Assembly (NCBI GenBank): GCA_951406725.2
Contig: OX597819.1
Location: forward strand, 78,244,001 to 78,308,000
Reading direction: 5' to 3'
DNA: 64,000 nt
Source of the DNA: Octopus vulgaris
Taxonomy: Eukaryota
Position numbers and translations under genes: made by a program. How positions within the stretch are numbered: position 1 is the first letter of the stretch; every line of letters begins with the position of its first letter. The notes beneath the pieces were generated by a model. The model searched no databases and was not told where the DNA came from. It saw only the letters and a list, made by a program, of their open reading frames with translations. Shown one piece after another: positions 49,911-62,586 of the stretch.

Positions 49911-50287
49911 TATGTAGCCCTTAAAACGGTTTTGTGCATTTACAGAGAATACGGGACTGTCTTACAGAAGGTCTTGTTTTTAGGAATTCCCAATAAGTTA
50001 TGAATACTCAAATTGTGAAGTCAGTTACGTAATAACATGAAATTAGTTGCCCGGTTGTAAGAATTCAAATAAATAGGCACGGAAAGGGCTTTAATGCGTT
50101 CTCAGAGTATATAGAACATAGAAGGAAATACTAATAAGGTATGTATACCAAAATCGTGAAGCATGTTACGTAATAACAGGCTAATCACATATGAGATAAT
50201 AACAATTTAAAGTAAAGAACTCTGAAAAGGGGCTTTGTGCGTTCCCAGAACGCTAGTGTTGTTATATTCGTGAATAAGTCACTAATA

Positions 50288-50679
50288 GGCGTAGGAGTAG
50301 CTGTGTGGTAAGTAGCTTGATTACCAACCACATGGTTCCGGGTTCAGTCCCACTGCGTGGCACCTTGGGCAAGTGTCTTCTACTATAGCCTCGGGCCAAC
50401 CAAAGCCTTGTGAGTGGATTTGGTAGGCGGAAACTGAAAAGAAGCCCGTTGTATATATATATATATGTGTATGTTTGTGTGTCTGTGTTTGTACCCCCAT
50501 CATCGCTTGACAACCGATGGTGGTGTGTTTATGCCCCCCTAACTTAGCGGCTTGGCAAAAGAGACCGATAGAATAAGTACTAGGCTTACAAAGGATAAGT
50601 CCCGGGGTCGATTTGTTCGACTAAAAGGCGGTGCTTCAGCATGGCCGCAGTCAAATGACTGAAACAAGTAAAGGAGTAA
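50288..50679 (+). mobile_element. Full-length family A SINE
   Basis: A/B boxes, CORE-like block and tail all present. Confidence 0.9.
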
Positions 50680-50894
50680 CCGAAATAAGTGGATCTATAT
50701 ATAATATTATTTACTTGTTTAAGGGTTGTACTGGATAAATTGCGAAAATAACCCTAACAGTTCAAATACTAAGAAATAAGCATGCTCAATTTGATTTATA
50801 CCAAATAATTTAGGAAAAATGAATGAGTTATTTCTCTTGGCTGTTGAAATCTGGTTGAATGGGTTATTTTCCTTGACTATTAAAATGAAATATA

Positions 50895-51090
50895 CTAGAT
50901 ATATATACGGACCCCTTCCAGGGGCCCTATTATAAATTTTTATAACAATCTGAATATGCCATGAGGTTTCCAGACATGAGTTCTACTCACGTGTCAAGTT
51001 TCATCAAAATCGATAAAACGATGCAGGAGGAGTTTGCTAACAACTCCACAAACACCCACAGACAGAATTTCCCACATGTATATAAATATA
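50895..51090 (-). mobile_element. Short non-autonomous Helitron
   Basis: Minus strand ends gggcccc-tggaa-ggggtcc hairpin, about 10 nt, then CTAG|T; internal aactcctcctgcatcgttttatcgattttgatgaaacttg motif; 5' end eroded in (TA)n. Confidence 0.65.
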
Positions 51091-51103
51091 TATATATACA
51101 TAT

Positions 51104-51139
<36 letters not shown>

Positions 51140-52130
51140 TTACACACACACACACACACATATATATACACACATACATTATACGTTGGGTGTGTTCTAA
51201 ATGTAAATCATTTGAATTTTGAGTACACACGAAATAACGGTTGATGTCGGGTAGAGGGAAAAGAGAGAAAATGGACAAGAGAGGAACAGTAATGGAGGGA
51301 AGATAAGAGATCGAGTGGAGAGAAAAAAAGTGATATATATATACATACACACACATATATCATATACGTATATATATGCATATATATATATACACGCATA
51401 TATATATACGTATATATATACACACACACACACATATACATACATCCATACACACACACACACATGATATATATATGGTTTGTGATTTCGTAATTTATCC
51501 CACTGTGAATACCCTTCCCCACGTGAGATTGAATGATGGTAAGCTAAGTAAACGAGTGAGATCTACAGATATAAATATAAGAATCAAAGTAAACTATCTG
51601 AGCTAACTCACCTGTACTCCATAATTTATTAGTATACTCGTGCTGTCAACAATGACAGACGTTTCAATCTCTACAGCTGAGGTGAATTTTCTTTCTTTTA
51701 TCTTTTATATTTTTTTTTTATATATATATTTTTTTTTTACTCGGGTTAATTAATATTCTTTTCTTCTCTTGAATTGTTTAATCTGTGGTTTTTCCCTATT
51801 ACAAAAAGAAAACATTTTCTTTTTTATCAATTATATTACTCATCTCTGAATTGACCAGACTATCAGATGCAGTTATACGTCACTGATCACAAGACGCTTT
51901 CTCGCTTTGTTGTACGTAGCCTTCAAATGATGCCGCCCCGCTGGCTGGAATGGGCAAACCAATATTCCCCGTGAAAAGGATACCAGTCCATTGTAAAGTT
52001 ATCAAATTATAGTAGAGTGGACTGGAGCAATGTAAAATGAAGTGTTTTGCTCAAAAACACAATGCGTCGCTGGTCGGAGAATTGAAGCCACGATCTTGCG
52101 ATCTCGAAAGCAACACCCTAACCACTAGGC

Positions 52131-52233
52131 CAGTGGTTCCCAACCTGGAGTCCACGGGTCTCTGGTGGTCCGCAAAGGTAGTACTAGGGGTCTGTGGGAA
52201 AACTCATTTGAACAAAAGGGTGGGGAACCACTG
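52131..52233 (+). mobile_element. Short hAT-like MITE
   Basis: TIRs cagtggttccc / gggaaccactg; 8-bp flanks cactaggc / cagtaggc. Confidence 0.82.
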
Positions 52234-52469
52234 CAGTAGGCCATGCATTATCACTTATGATTTCATATTAGGTTTCTTAAATTTTGGTACAAACTGCACA
52301 AACATGTTTATTTATTTATTTAGATGAGAATTTAGTCCAGTAAATTGTCTTTCCACCCCACCATACTTGACTGGTACTTTGCTTTACTAGTCCCCGCAGG
52401 ATGAAAGGCAATGTTGACTTCACCCGGATTCGAACTCGAAGCATAAATTTTTAAAATTAAAAAAAAAAG

Positions 52470-53110
52470 GTAAAGTTACCTTCTCATGTCATACCGACTC
52501 ATAAGGGTCGGTTTCCCGGTTTCATGACGTATGTATTCCCCACCTGGGTGGAATGCAGGTCCGTCGCAGGACTATTCAATTTTACCAGCTGAGTGGACTG
52601 CAGCAACGTGAAATGAAGTGTTTCGGGGTCGATTAAATATGTACCAGTTACACACTGGGGTTTAATGTAATCGACTAGGCCCTCTCCCAAAATTTCAGGC
52701 CTTGTGCCTATAGCGAAAAGGATTATTATTAGTAGTTGTAATAAGGTAGCGAGCTGGCAGAATCGTTATCAGGTTGTATACGATGCTTAGTAGTATTCCT
52801 TCTGGTTTTTTAAGGGTTGATAAAATAAGTACCGACTGAGTACTACGGATGATGTAGTCGACTTGATCCTTTTCCTGAAAATTGCTTGCCTTGGGCCAAA
52901 ACTTGAAACAATTATTATTGCGAGAACGGTGGGTTGGTAGGATCGCTAGAGTGTCAGGAAAATGCTTTGAGGTTTTCCTTACAGCTCTTTACGTTCAGAG
53001 TTCAAATCCTGCCGAGATAAACTTTGCTTTTCGTCCCACCAAGGTCGATGAAATAAAGTACCAGTCAAGTTTTGGGGTCGAGGGTAACGGTTAACCCTTC
53101 CCCTCAAAAT
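52470..53110. mobile_element. Cluster of SINE fragments (family C-related minus, family B plus)
   Basis: cagctgagtggactgcagcaacgtgaaatgaagtg; gagttcaaatcctgccgag. Confidence 0.65.
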
Positions 53111-54076
53111 TGCCTATTACTACTATTATACTATTATAACTCTTGAACTATCGGGACGAGTATTTAGACTCACTGTTAGCAATAAAGTGATTTACTTGTC
53201 ATCCATACATTTCTTTTAAGTCTAGTTAATCCTGTGGATATATGGAAACGACATTGCAAGCGAAAGGTGTTAGTTGTTACAAGCAAGTAACCAGATGGAG
53301 TTGTGAGTAATTATTCAAATAGTATGCAGGGATTGTGATGAAAATATTGATGACTTATTTAATTTGAATCCAACGATTGTTTGAAAACGAGCAAATATCG
53401 CTCGTAACTATATTTAAATAGCAGAATGCAAAGGGCAGGTATTATATGTATAGAGTGTAGGAAGAACAACTTAGCAAGGTTGCCAGATCAATTAGAAAAA
53501 GAGAGAGAGAGAAAAGAGAAAGAAAAAACAAACGTACACACTATGTGTGTGTGTGTGTGTGTGTTGAGAAAAAGGGGGAGTGTGTGCGTGCTGAAAAATG
53601 GTAAAACAAATACGGTTATAGATAATCATCAAGCAGTGCTGAGATAAATTCGAAACTTAAAACCGCAGTTCTTTCATCCAAGGCAGGTACCTTCTGTGTA
53701 GTAAGTCAGCTATAAGAACGATCACCATCGAGCAGGTAGGGAAGTATTAAAAACAAACAAACAAACAAACAAAAATAGGCGTGTTAAGTGTATTTACATG
53801 AGAAGTTGTGTATACAACTAAATGAATTATGTAATCAAGTGATATCTTTACAGCTGTTTCAGATAAACAATGATTGGTGTCACAAACGTGTACATTATGA
53901 AATGAGCTCCAAATGATATTGTAGGTGTATGAATTAACACGGGCTTTAAGGCACACATATATATATATATGCCTGCTCGCTTAGCCAGCGGGGTGGCGTC
54001 ATTTGAAGGCTAAAACAATGCGAAGCGCATTGTGACCAGTGATGTGTAGCAACATCTGAGAGCCTGGTCGGTCACG

Positions 54077-54133
<57 letters not shown>

Positions 54134-54429
54134 AGAGAGAAGGAGCCTATGTGTGCAAACCTGAAAAGCAATGCGTTCTGCTAATTGTACATCATCGTAA
54201 CCAACCTGCAAATTAGAACAAAGGGATGCCCGGTAGGAACAACATAACATCTTCGATGGAATACGCCTCAGAACAACTCGTGTCTAATTCGCTCAACTAT
54301 TTCTACTCCCAGTTAGATAAAGAAAAACATGCGCGCGTGCGAACACATCGAGCAAAGTGTCACAGATGTCAAATTAGTGTTAAATCTATTTAATACACGA
54401 ATCATTAAAACGCTAATCAGAAGTAAATA

Positions 54430-54900
54430 TTTGGTTCAGTTTTATTCGTTATACACCAATAACCGACTTGCCGTCACCTCCAACAACGACTGGATCTATA
54501 GAAATGTTGTCGACAATTTTTTCCTTCCTAACATTCTGTATCTAAGCGTCACCTACAAGTATGCAAGCCAAATGAATAAAAACCATTACGGCATATATCA
54601 GAGAACATTATCGCATCTTATGTTACCTTTAAACACGGAAAACACAAAACTAGAGCCCTCACGACCGTTGTCATTAATGATCTCTTCAAGAAAGTGCACA
54701 TCCTAAACGCAACAAAGACTGCAGCTAAAAGAGTGGCCTTTCTCTTCAGGGCCAGAAACTATATTAACCACTTCATCCTCCGTCAACCACTAATCTTCGA
54801 CAAAGCGTATCTGCGGCCAACAACGGTATACTACTCCTACACCAATGACGATGCTGCTACACACACCATTATAGCATCTCGGTACACCCTCCGAACATAT
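54430..54900 (+). pseudogene. Highly decayed CR1/Jockey-like reverse transcriptase fragment
   Basis: FYSLYTNNRLAVTSN (similar to LFxLYINDL) and HILNATKTAAKRVAFLFRARNY...KAYLRPTTVYYS (similar to HIxxIxKxAxKxLGFLxR...YKAxxRPxxEY). Confidence 0.65.
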
Positions 54901-55716
54901 TTCGATATTATAACGACCTCATAAGCGAAGCATAGCCTTCGTTACATTTGCGTAAGAAAGAATCGTTTAATAAATAAATATAAAACGAATGGGGGTTTGG
55001 TGTAAGAAACTAGAATTGTTTAGAAAATAAATAGTTCAGAAACGCCATCTACATGAAAAACAGCAGTTAAGTTCGTGTTAAACATATTTATTGCAGCGTA
55101 AAGAGAGCATTAGAAAGTTAATGAGAAATAAATATGCGGTGAGGAAATATAAAAAGGATATCGTTCAATGACTCATATTATTTTCACAGCTGATCTAGTT
55201 GGTAGGATGTCGAAGTTCTGTGAAAACGGGTCAGTGATAGCTCGGTGTTTCGTATCTCGTTACCAATGCAATATAATGTGCTAGTATAGTTAAACTTTTG
55301 CTCAGAAATGTTATTCTAGGCAGGTACATCTCATACCATTGTTGTTGCTTTTGTATAGCTACAAGTTTGCTTCAGTTGAACAGGCTTATGACCAAAGCTG
55401 TTCCAATTGTGACAATCCCATCTCTCTTACCCATTTTGTTTTTCTTCATATGCTGTATCCAGAACTTACATATTTCAATGTCTTGCTTTTCTTGTGTGAT
55501 TTTAAGTAGATTTAGCTACAGTTATTAGCAAGACAAGATGCCGTGTAGAGGTTCTTCTATTCGTCATGTCGGTGTAATCACAATAATCTTTATTTTACTA
55601 GAACGTTTAAATACATAGAAATAGGAAGGGTGTGCAAGTATTTTCAACTGTAGCCCCGGGCCGACCAATGCATTGTGTGCGAATATGGTAGATGGAAAAA
55701 TATGTATAAGCCCATC

Positions 55717-55770
<54 letters not shown>

Positions 55771-57419
55771 GTCCCCATAACTTAGGGCTTTGGCAGGAAG
55801 AGACCGATATAATAAGTACCAGACTTCAAAAGTAAGTCCTGGGGTCGATTTGTTCGACTAAAACCCTTGATGATAGTGTCCCACCATGGCTGCAGTCTGA
55901 TGACTAAGATAAATGGAAAAAAAAATAATAAGAAGAAAAAAAGATAAATTTCGATGACAATGCGGTGCCACAGCATGGCCACAGCCTTTGGCTTAGGCTA
56001 ATCAATAAATGAATGAGGGGAAAAATTAAAACGAAAGACACGAACGAGATAATACCTATTTTCGTCTCATCGATTGCAGTGTGTGTGTACACCTCTCTGT
56101 TGCGTTTCATTCTTTCCTTCTGTGGCTGGCTGATTCAGAGCGGATCTCAGAATTAAACAGCCGAAATCTGCGATGAGGGATCAGTTTCTGACTGAAGAAT
56201 GAAGGCTTTGAATGACCCGTTTGTCTTTTTGTTCGTCCCTTCGTGTATTTCACGTTATTTATTTATATAAAGGTCTATTATAGATAGGTGTAGATATATA
56301 TGAGAGAGATTGTCAACAATAGGGAGAGAAATGGTTAACAAATGAAAGGAAGTAACAAGAACGATGAGTGTGTGAGAGAGGGAGAGAGAGAGAGAAAGGA
56401 ATGGGAGTTCAGATGGACAAATGAAAGAAAGACAATGGTGAAAGCGATATATGAGAGAACCATTTATGAGAGAGATGGACGCAAAATTGATATAAAAAGG
56501 AAAATGAAAGTGATGGAAGGAGTGAGTGGTTGACAAATGAAGCGGGAGAGACAGTGATGAAAATGAAAAAAAATGAAAGCAATAATATTTTTTTGTTGTT
56601 TTAGTTTTTCCATATTGACAAAAGCAAAGAAAATTGTAGGTCGAAAGAGGAGATGTAAGAAGAAAGGGGGAGTGATTACTAAAAGCGAAAAAGAAAAGTG
56701 GATTAATGATTTTAAAAATATATTTTCCGTCATACAAGTCGAAAAAGAAAAATGGATTAATGATATAAAAATATCATATTTTCCGTCATACAAGTCGAGG
56801 TATATAAGTATATAGAGTGAATATGTAATATAAACATTGAAACATCTTCACTATCTTTCCAAATCCTGTTACATATCATATGCAATTCTTGGTCCTTCAA
56901 AGTTGTCTTGGTGTATAAGTCGACTAGTCCCCTCCCACCAATTTTCAGGCTTTGTGCCTTCAGCAGAAAGGATTATTATTGGCATTGCTATCTTGTCACC
57001 GAGGACTGAGCCATCGAATGCGCTTGTCTGACGCCACATTCCTGGCATTCTGCTTCTTTTCCTTGTCACTGCGAACCCGCATCTTACTTCAACAACAGTT
57101 AACAACTAAGCCCTGCAGATCCTTACACCCCGACGCCAACATCACCTGACTGGAATATGAAGAAGTGAGCGGTGTGAAGCGTCTGAAACTTACCAAAGAC
57201 TATACGACAGAAAAGATTTTTTTTTTTAATTAAATTATTGGTAACTGTTTGGTTTGTCAAATTTGTCGACATTATCTGTCAGTAGTTTGAAACATGAGGA
57301 GGAGGTGGTAGTGGCGCAGGCTTGATGTTTGATTTGACGTTTACTCTCAGGAAGAAAGGCAAGAGACGTATTGCTCAGACGGTTCACCCTTTTCACTTGC
57401 AATATTCTTCAGATTTTAA

Positions 57420-57820
57420 AGCGGCGAGTTGGCAGAAACGTTAAGCACGTTGGTCGAAATGCTAAGCTGTATTTCGTCTGTGCAGAGGTTCTGAGTTCAA
57501 ATTCCTCCGAGGTCGACTTTGCCTTTCATCTTTTCGGGGTCGATAAATTAAGTACCAGTTACGCACTGGGGTCGATCTAATCGACTTAATCCGTTTGTCT
57601 GTCCTTGTTTGCCCTCTCTGTGTTTAGCCCCTTGTGGGTAGTAAAGAAATAGGTATTTCGTCTGCCGCTACGTTCTGAGTTCAAATTCCACTGAGGTCGA
57701 CTTTGCCTTTCATCCTTTCGGGGTCGATAAATTAAGTATCAATTGCGTACTGAGGTCGATCTAATCGACTAGCCCACTCACCCAAAATTTCGGACCTTGT
57801 AACGAGAATAGAAAAGAATA
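57420..57820 (+). mobile_element. Family B SINE with a duplicated core
   Basis: gagttcaaattcc..gaggtcgactttgcctttcatc occurs twice. Confidence 0.85.
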
Positions 57821-57841
57821 TTCTTCAGATTTTGAATAGAA

Positions 57842-58231
57842 GGCGCAGGAGTGGATGTGTGATAAGTAGCTTGCTTACCAACCACATGGTTCCGGGTTCA
57901 GTCCCACTGCATGGCACCTTGGGCAAGTGTCTTCTACTATAGCCTCAGACCGACCAAAGCCCTGTGAGTGGATTTGGTAGACGGAAATTGAAAGAAGCCC
58001 GTTGTATATATGTATATGTGTGTGTGAGTCTGTTTGTATCCCCCTCCCCAACATCGCCTGACAACCGATGCTGGTGTGTTTACGTCCCCGTAACTTAGCG
58101 GTTCGGCAAAAAGAGACCGATTGAATAAGTACTACGCTTACAAAGAATAAGTCCTGGGGTCGATTTGCTCGACTAAAGGCGGTGCTCCAGCATGGCCGCA
58201 ATCAAATGACTGAAACAAGTAAAAGAGTAAA
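57842..58231 (+). mobile_element. Full-length family A SINE
   Basis: ggcgcaggagtgg head through to gactgaaacaagtaaaagag tail. Confidence 0.9.
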
Positions 58232-58636
58232 ATGAGAGAGAAATAAAAAATCTCATTTTTGTTTTTGAGGGCTTGTTTTTAAAAGTGACCCATAAGAGAG
58301 CTACTCTCTTATGGGTCACTTTTAAAAACAAGCCCTCAAAAACAAAAATGAGATTTTTTATTTCTCTCTCATTTTACTCTTTTACTTGTTTCAGTCATTT
58401 GATTGCGGCCATGCTGGAGCACCGCCTTTTAGTCGAGCAAATCGACCCCAGGACTTATTCTTTGTAAGCGTAGTACTTATTCAATCGGTCTCTTTTTGCC
58501 GAACCGCTAAGTTACGGGGACGTAAACACACCAGCATCGGTTGTCAGGCGATGTTGGGGAGGGGGATACAAACAGACTCACACACACATATACATATATA
58601 CAACGGGCTTCTTTCAATTTCCGTCTACCAAATCCA
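57969..58636. repeat. Near-perfect palindrome, ~332-bp arms, 3-nt spacer
   Basis: ...cataagagag-cta-ctctcttatg...; by eye the arms differ by a single-base indel. Confidence 0.95.
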
Positions 58637-59147
58637 GTTAAGGAACAGTTGTTATTTGATCCCTGGTTAGTTCTGATTGAGTAGGGCAGAACTTATAGTT
58701 AAAGGCATTCCATCAGTTTTTATATTTTATATGTATTAATTTTTGTATATCTATGACTGTATATATTTCAACGTGTCCTATTCTTTTTAAAGAAACAGAG
58801 GTGAGTAGAGAGAGCGCGAGAGAGATTTGGTTGTTATTTCTTATAGGCCGAACTACAACCTCGTTGGCTTGTAAGTCCGGAGAATGAATTAAGAGGATTA
58901 ACAATCCATATTTCCAATGATATATCGAGTAGACTGTGCTTAAGGCGGCAAAGGACTAGATGGCAACCACCCACGCAGGTCATGGCCTGAGATTTGAACT
59001 CAGAATGCAATGACTCGGAACAAATACCGCAAGACAGTCCATCTAACATTGTGAGAAGATTTCCGCCAGTCCTGACGTTAGTGTGATCTGAACTCAGATG
59101 GGAGGGCACCATAAATAACGTGATAGGTATAGGCATTTCATCTGACA

Positions 59148-59368
59148 CAGTGGTTCACAGCCATTTTTTGTCTTTGAATCTGATTTTAATCTGTAGGACC
59201 TTCATAGCTTTTGAATGTAAATATATATGTATAAGGAAAAAAAAAACCCATTCTTCTGTATTTTTATAATTGAATAATTATAGGAATTGTAATAAAAAAA
59301 AATTAAAACATGTGTATTGTTGAAGTATAAACTATGTATTGCACGTGCTAAGAAGCCCGTCGTGTATG

Positions 59369-59435
<67 letters not shown>

Positions 59436-59908
59436 CGGTATTTCGTCTGTCGTTACGTTCTGAGTTCAAATTCCGCCGAGGTCGACTTTGCCTTTCATCC
59501 TTTCGGGGTCGATAAATAAAGTACCAGTTTCACACTGGGGTCGATGTAATCGACTTAATCTCTTTGTCTGTCCTTGTTTGTCTCCTCTATGTTTAGCTCC
59601 TTCTGGGCAATAACGAAATATATATGTGTGTGTATTTGTCCCACAACCACCGCTTGTCAACCGATGTTGGTGTGTTTACGTTCCCGTAACTTAGCGGTTC
59701 GGTAAAACAAAGACCTATAGAATAAGTACCAAACTTTAAAAGAAAATTAATACTGGTGTCGATTAGTTCGACTAAAATTCCTCAAGGCAGTGCACCAGCA
59801 TGGCCGCAGTCTAATGACTGAAAGAAGATTTAAAAAATAGTTTTTAAAGATATGGACCCCACTCCTCCACACACAAGGGCCATATGGGGCCCCGGTTGTG
59901 AACCGCTA
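59148..59908 (-). mobile_element. hAT-like MITE with nested family A and B SINEs
   Basis: Termini cagtggttcaca / tgtgaaccgcta; flanks atctgaca / gtctgacg. Confidence 0.7.
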
Positions 59909-60517
59909 GTCTGACGTTCCGACGTCTCAACTAATCCGCTTGCCTGTTAAAGAAGGTCGAAACACACTCAGGTGTACACAATATACAGACATGCGTACAC
60001 GAAACAGAATCTCACACACACACGTACAAAGATACATACGTACATACATACACTCGTACAGATTTCTACAAACATCCACTCACACGCAGAGACACAAACA
60101 CACGCGCGCGTACACCTAAGACTTGTGACACAGAAGAATGTTGACGAGACACCTGTTTGTCTAGACATGGGACACAGAACGTACTACATCCCTTCCTCTC
60201 TCTCTCTCTCTCTGTCTCTTTCGTTACACACTGTGTTAAAGTGGTCAGCGTAAATGTCACTGACCTCACGGGTCATTGAGAGCATGAGAAGGAGAGAATA
60301 AAAAAAATAAAAAAAAAGACAGCGATGGGGGTACGGTGTAGTGAAAGTGAAATAAAAGTGACATATACTAAGAGTTTGTAAATAGAGGAGGAGAAAGAAA
60401 GAGAGAATGAGGGTTTGAGCAGAAAAGACAAGTGTGCGTGTGTAGGAGACAGAGAGCTGGTCCGTTACTGCTGAGTGCGATCAATAAGTTCAGTAATAAT
60501 CTACACATACAAACACC

Positions 60518-60569
<52 letters not shown>

Positions 60570-60849
60570 CAGATGAACAAACGAAGGAGATTCCTCGTAC
60601 TCGCTTGACCTGCTAGAAAGAGCAGCCTAATATTACTCAAACTACATTTTGTAATCTTAAAAAAAACAACAAAAAAAAAACAGAGAGAGAAACAGATAGA
60701 GAAAGAAATTGAAAATATAATAAAGTACAATACTGATTTTCCAGAGCCTTAGGGCCCAAAGCTTTTCTGATGTCCTGATTTTCCGAAACAGAGGTTTTCA
60801 CCTTGGTCAACAAATCTTTTAGCTTTAATTTGTGTCTCTCATTGAACTG

Positions 60850-62160
60850 TGGCCAAGCTGGGGCACCGCCTTCAAGGATTTCAGTTAAACGAATTGACTA
60901 GTGCATTTTTATTTTTATTTTTTCAAATCTGAAGCAATTATTATAACGATCGTGTTTGGTGAACCACTAAGTTATCGAGATTTAAAACACAGCAATACCG
61001 GTTGTCAAGCGGTGGGGATAAATACACATACACACTGTGGCTGTGTGGTAAAAAGCTTGCTTCCTAATCACATGGTTCCGGGTTCAGCCCCACTGCGTGG
61101 CACCTTGGGCAAGTGTCTTCTACTATAGACTCGGGCCGACCAAAGCCTTGTGAATGCATTTGGTAGATGGAAACTGAACCCCGTTGTATATATGAATATA
61201 TGTGTCTGTCTGTATCTGTGTTTGTCCTCCACCACCGATTAACAACTAGTGTTGGTGTGTTTACGTCCCCGTAACTTAGCGGTTCCGCAAAAGAAACTGA
61301 TATGCTTTTTTAAAAAAGCCCTGCGGTCGATTTGTTCCACTAAAACTCTTCAAGGTGGTGCTCCAGCATAGCTGCAGTCAAATGACTGAAACAAGTAAAA
61401 AATATAACGCGCTTCTTTCAGTTTCCTTCTATCAAACTCATTCATAAAGCTCTGTTCGACCCAAGGCTTATAGTAGAAGACACTTGGTCAAGGTACCACG
61501 CAGTGGGAATGAACCAGGAACTATGTGGAGAAGCAAACTTACTAGGTACCTGTTAATTAGTATAAATGGTAAAATCTTGTTTAATACTGTACAATGCAAA
61601 ATACTAACTAGTCTGTGTAAGATATCAGTAAACTAGTCTGGCGGTCGCGGTACTTCCAAACGCATGGTGTCTGGTTCAGTCCCACTGTGTGGTACCTTAG
61701 GTAAATGTCTTCTACTATAGTCCCGAGCCGACCAAAGCTTTGTGAATAGATTTGATAGACGGAAACTGAAAGAAGTCCGTTAAATATATATATATATATA
61801 TATATAATATATTAGGTCCTGGTAGGGCATTTCCAGAGAGGTACTCAACCTGAATTCTGGGCTATCAACAATACTGTCGGCTTCCAGACTAATACCGAAT
61901 TTCATCAAGTGTAGGAAATCCTGGTTTCATCTGTGTGTTTGTATTTGTATTTGCGTCTGACATCTACCGCTTGACAACCGGTGTTGGTTTGTTAATGTCC
62001 CTGTAAGCCAGTGGTTCAGCATAAAGAGGCCGATAGACTAAGTGCTGGACTTCGAAAAAATTTTTTTAAATGATAATTACTGGAGTCGATTTGTTTAGCT
62101 AAAACCTTTCAAGGCGGTGCCCCAGCATGACCACAGTCAAATGACTGAAACAAGTAAAAA
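60850..62160. mobile_element. Cluster of family A SINE copies in both orientations
   Basis: Minus 60850-61010, plus 61035-61400, minus 61410-61545, plus 61650-62160 (interrupted). Confidence 0.75.
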
Positions 62161-62182
62161 AAAATGATATGACGCTAACATA

Positions 62183-62586
62183 GGCGTAGGAGTGACCATG
62201 TGGTAAGTAGCTTGCTTACCAACCACATGGTTCCGGGTTCAGTCCCACTGCGTGGCATCTTGGGCAAGTGTCTTCTGCTATAGCCCCGGGCCGACCAATG
62301 CCTTGTGAGTGGATTTGGTAGACGGAAACTGAAAGAAGCCTGTCGTATATATGTATATATATATTTATGTATGTGTATATGTTAGTGTGTCTGCGTTTGT
62401 TCCCCTAGATTTGCTTGACAACCGATGCTGGTGTGCTTATGTCCCCGTCACTTAGCGTTTCGGCAAAAGAGACCGATAGAATAAGTACTGGGCTTACAAA
62501 GAATAAGTCCTGGGGTCGATTTGCTCGACTAAAGGCGGTGCTCCAGCATGGCCGCAGTCAAATGACTGAAACAAGTAAAAGAGTAA
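62183..62586 (+). mobile_element. Full-length young family A SINE
   Basis: Complete consensus with CpGs intact. Confidence 0.9.

Noticed and set aside
56686-56800. Short tandem duplications of ~55 bp (also 48894-48976)
   Set aside because: Ordinary local slippage duplications with no further structure
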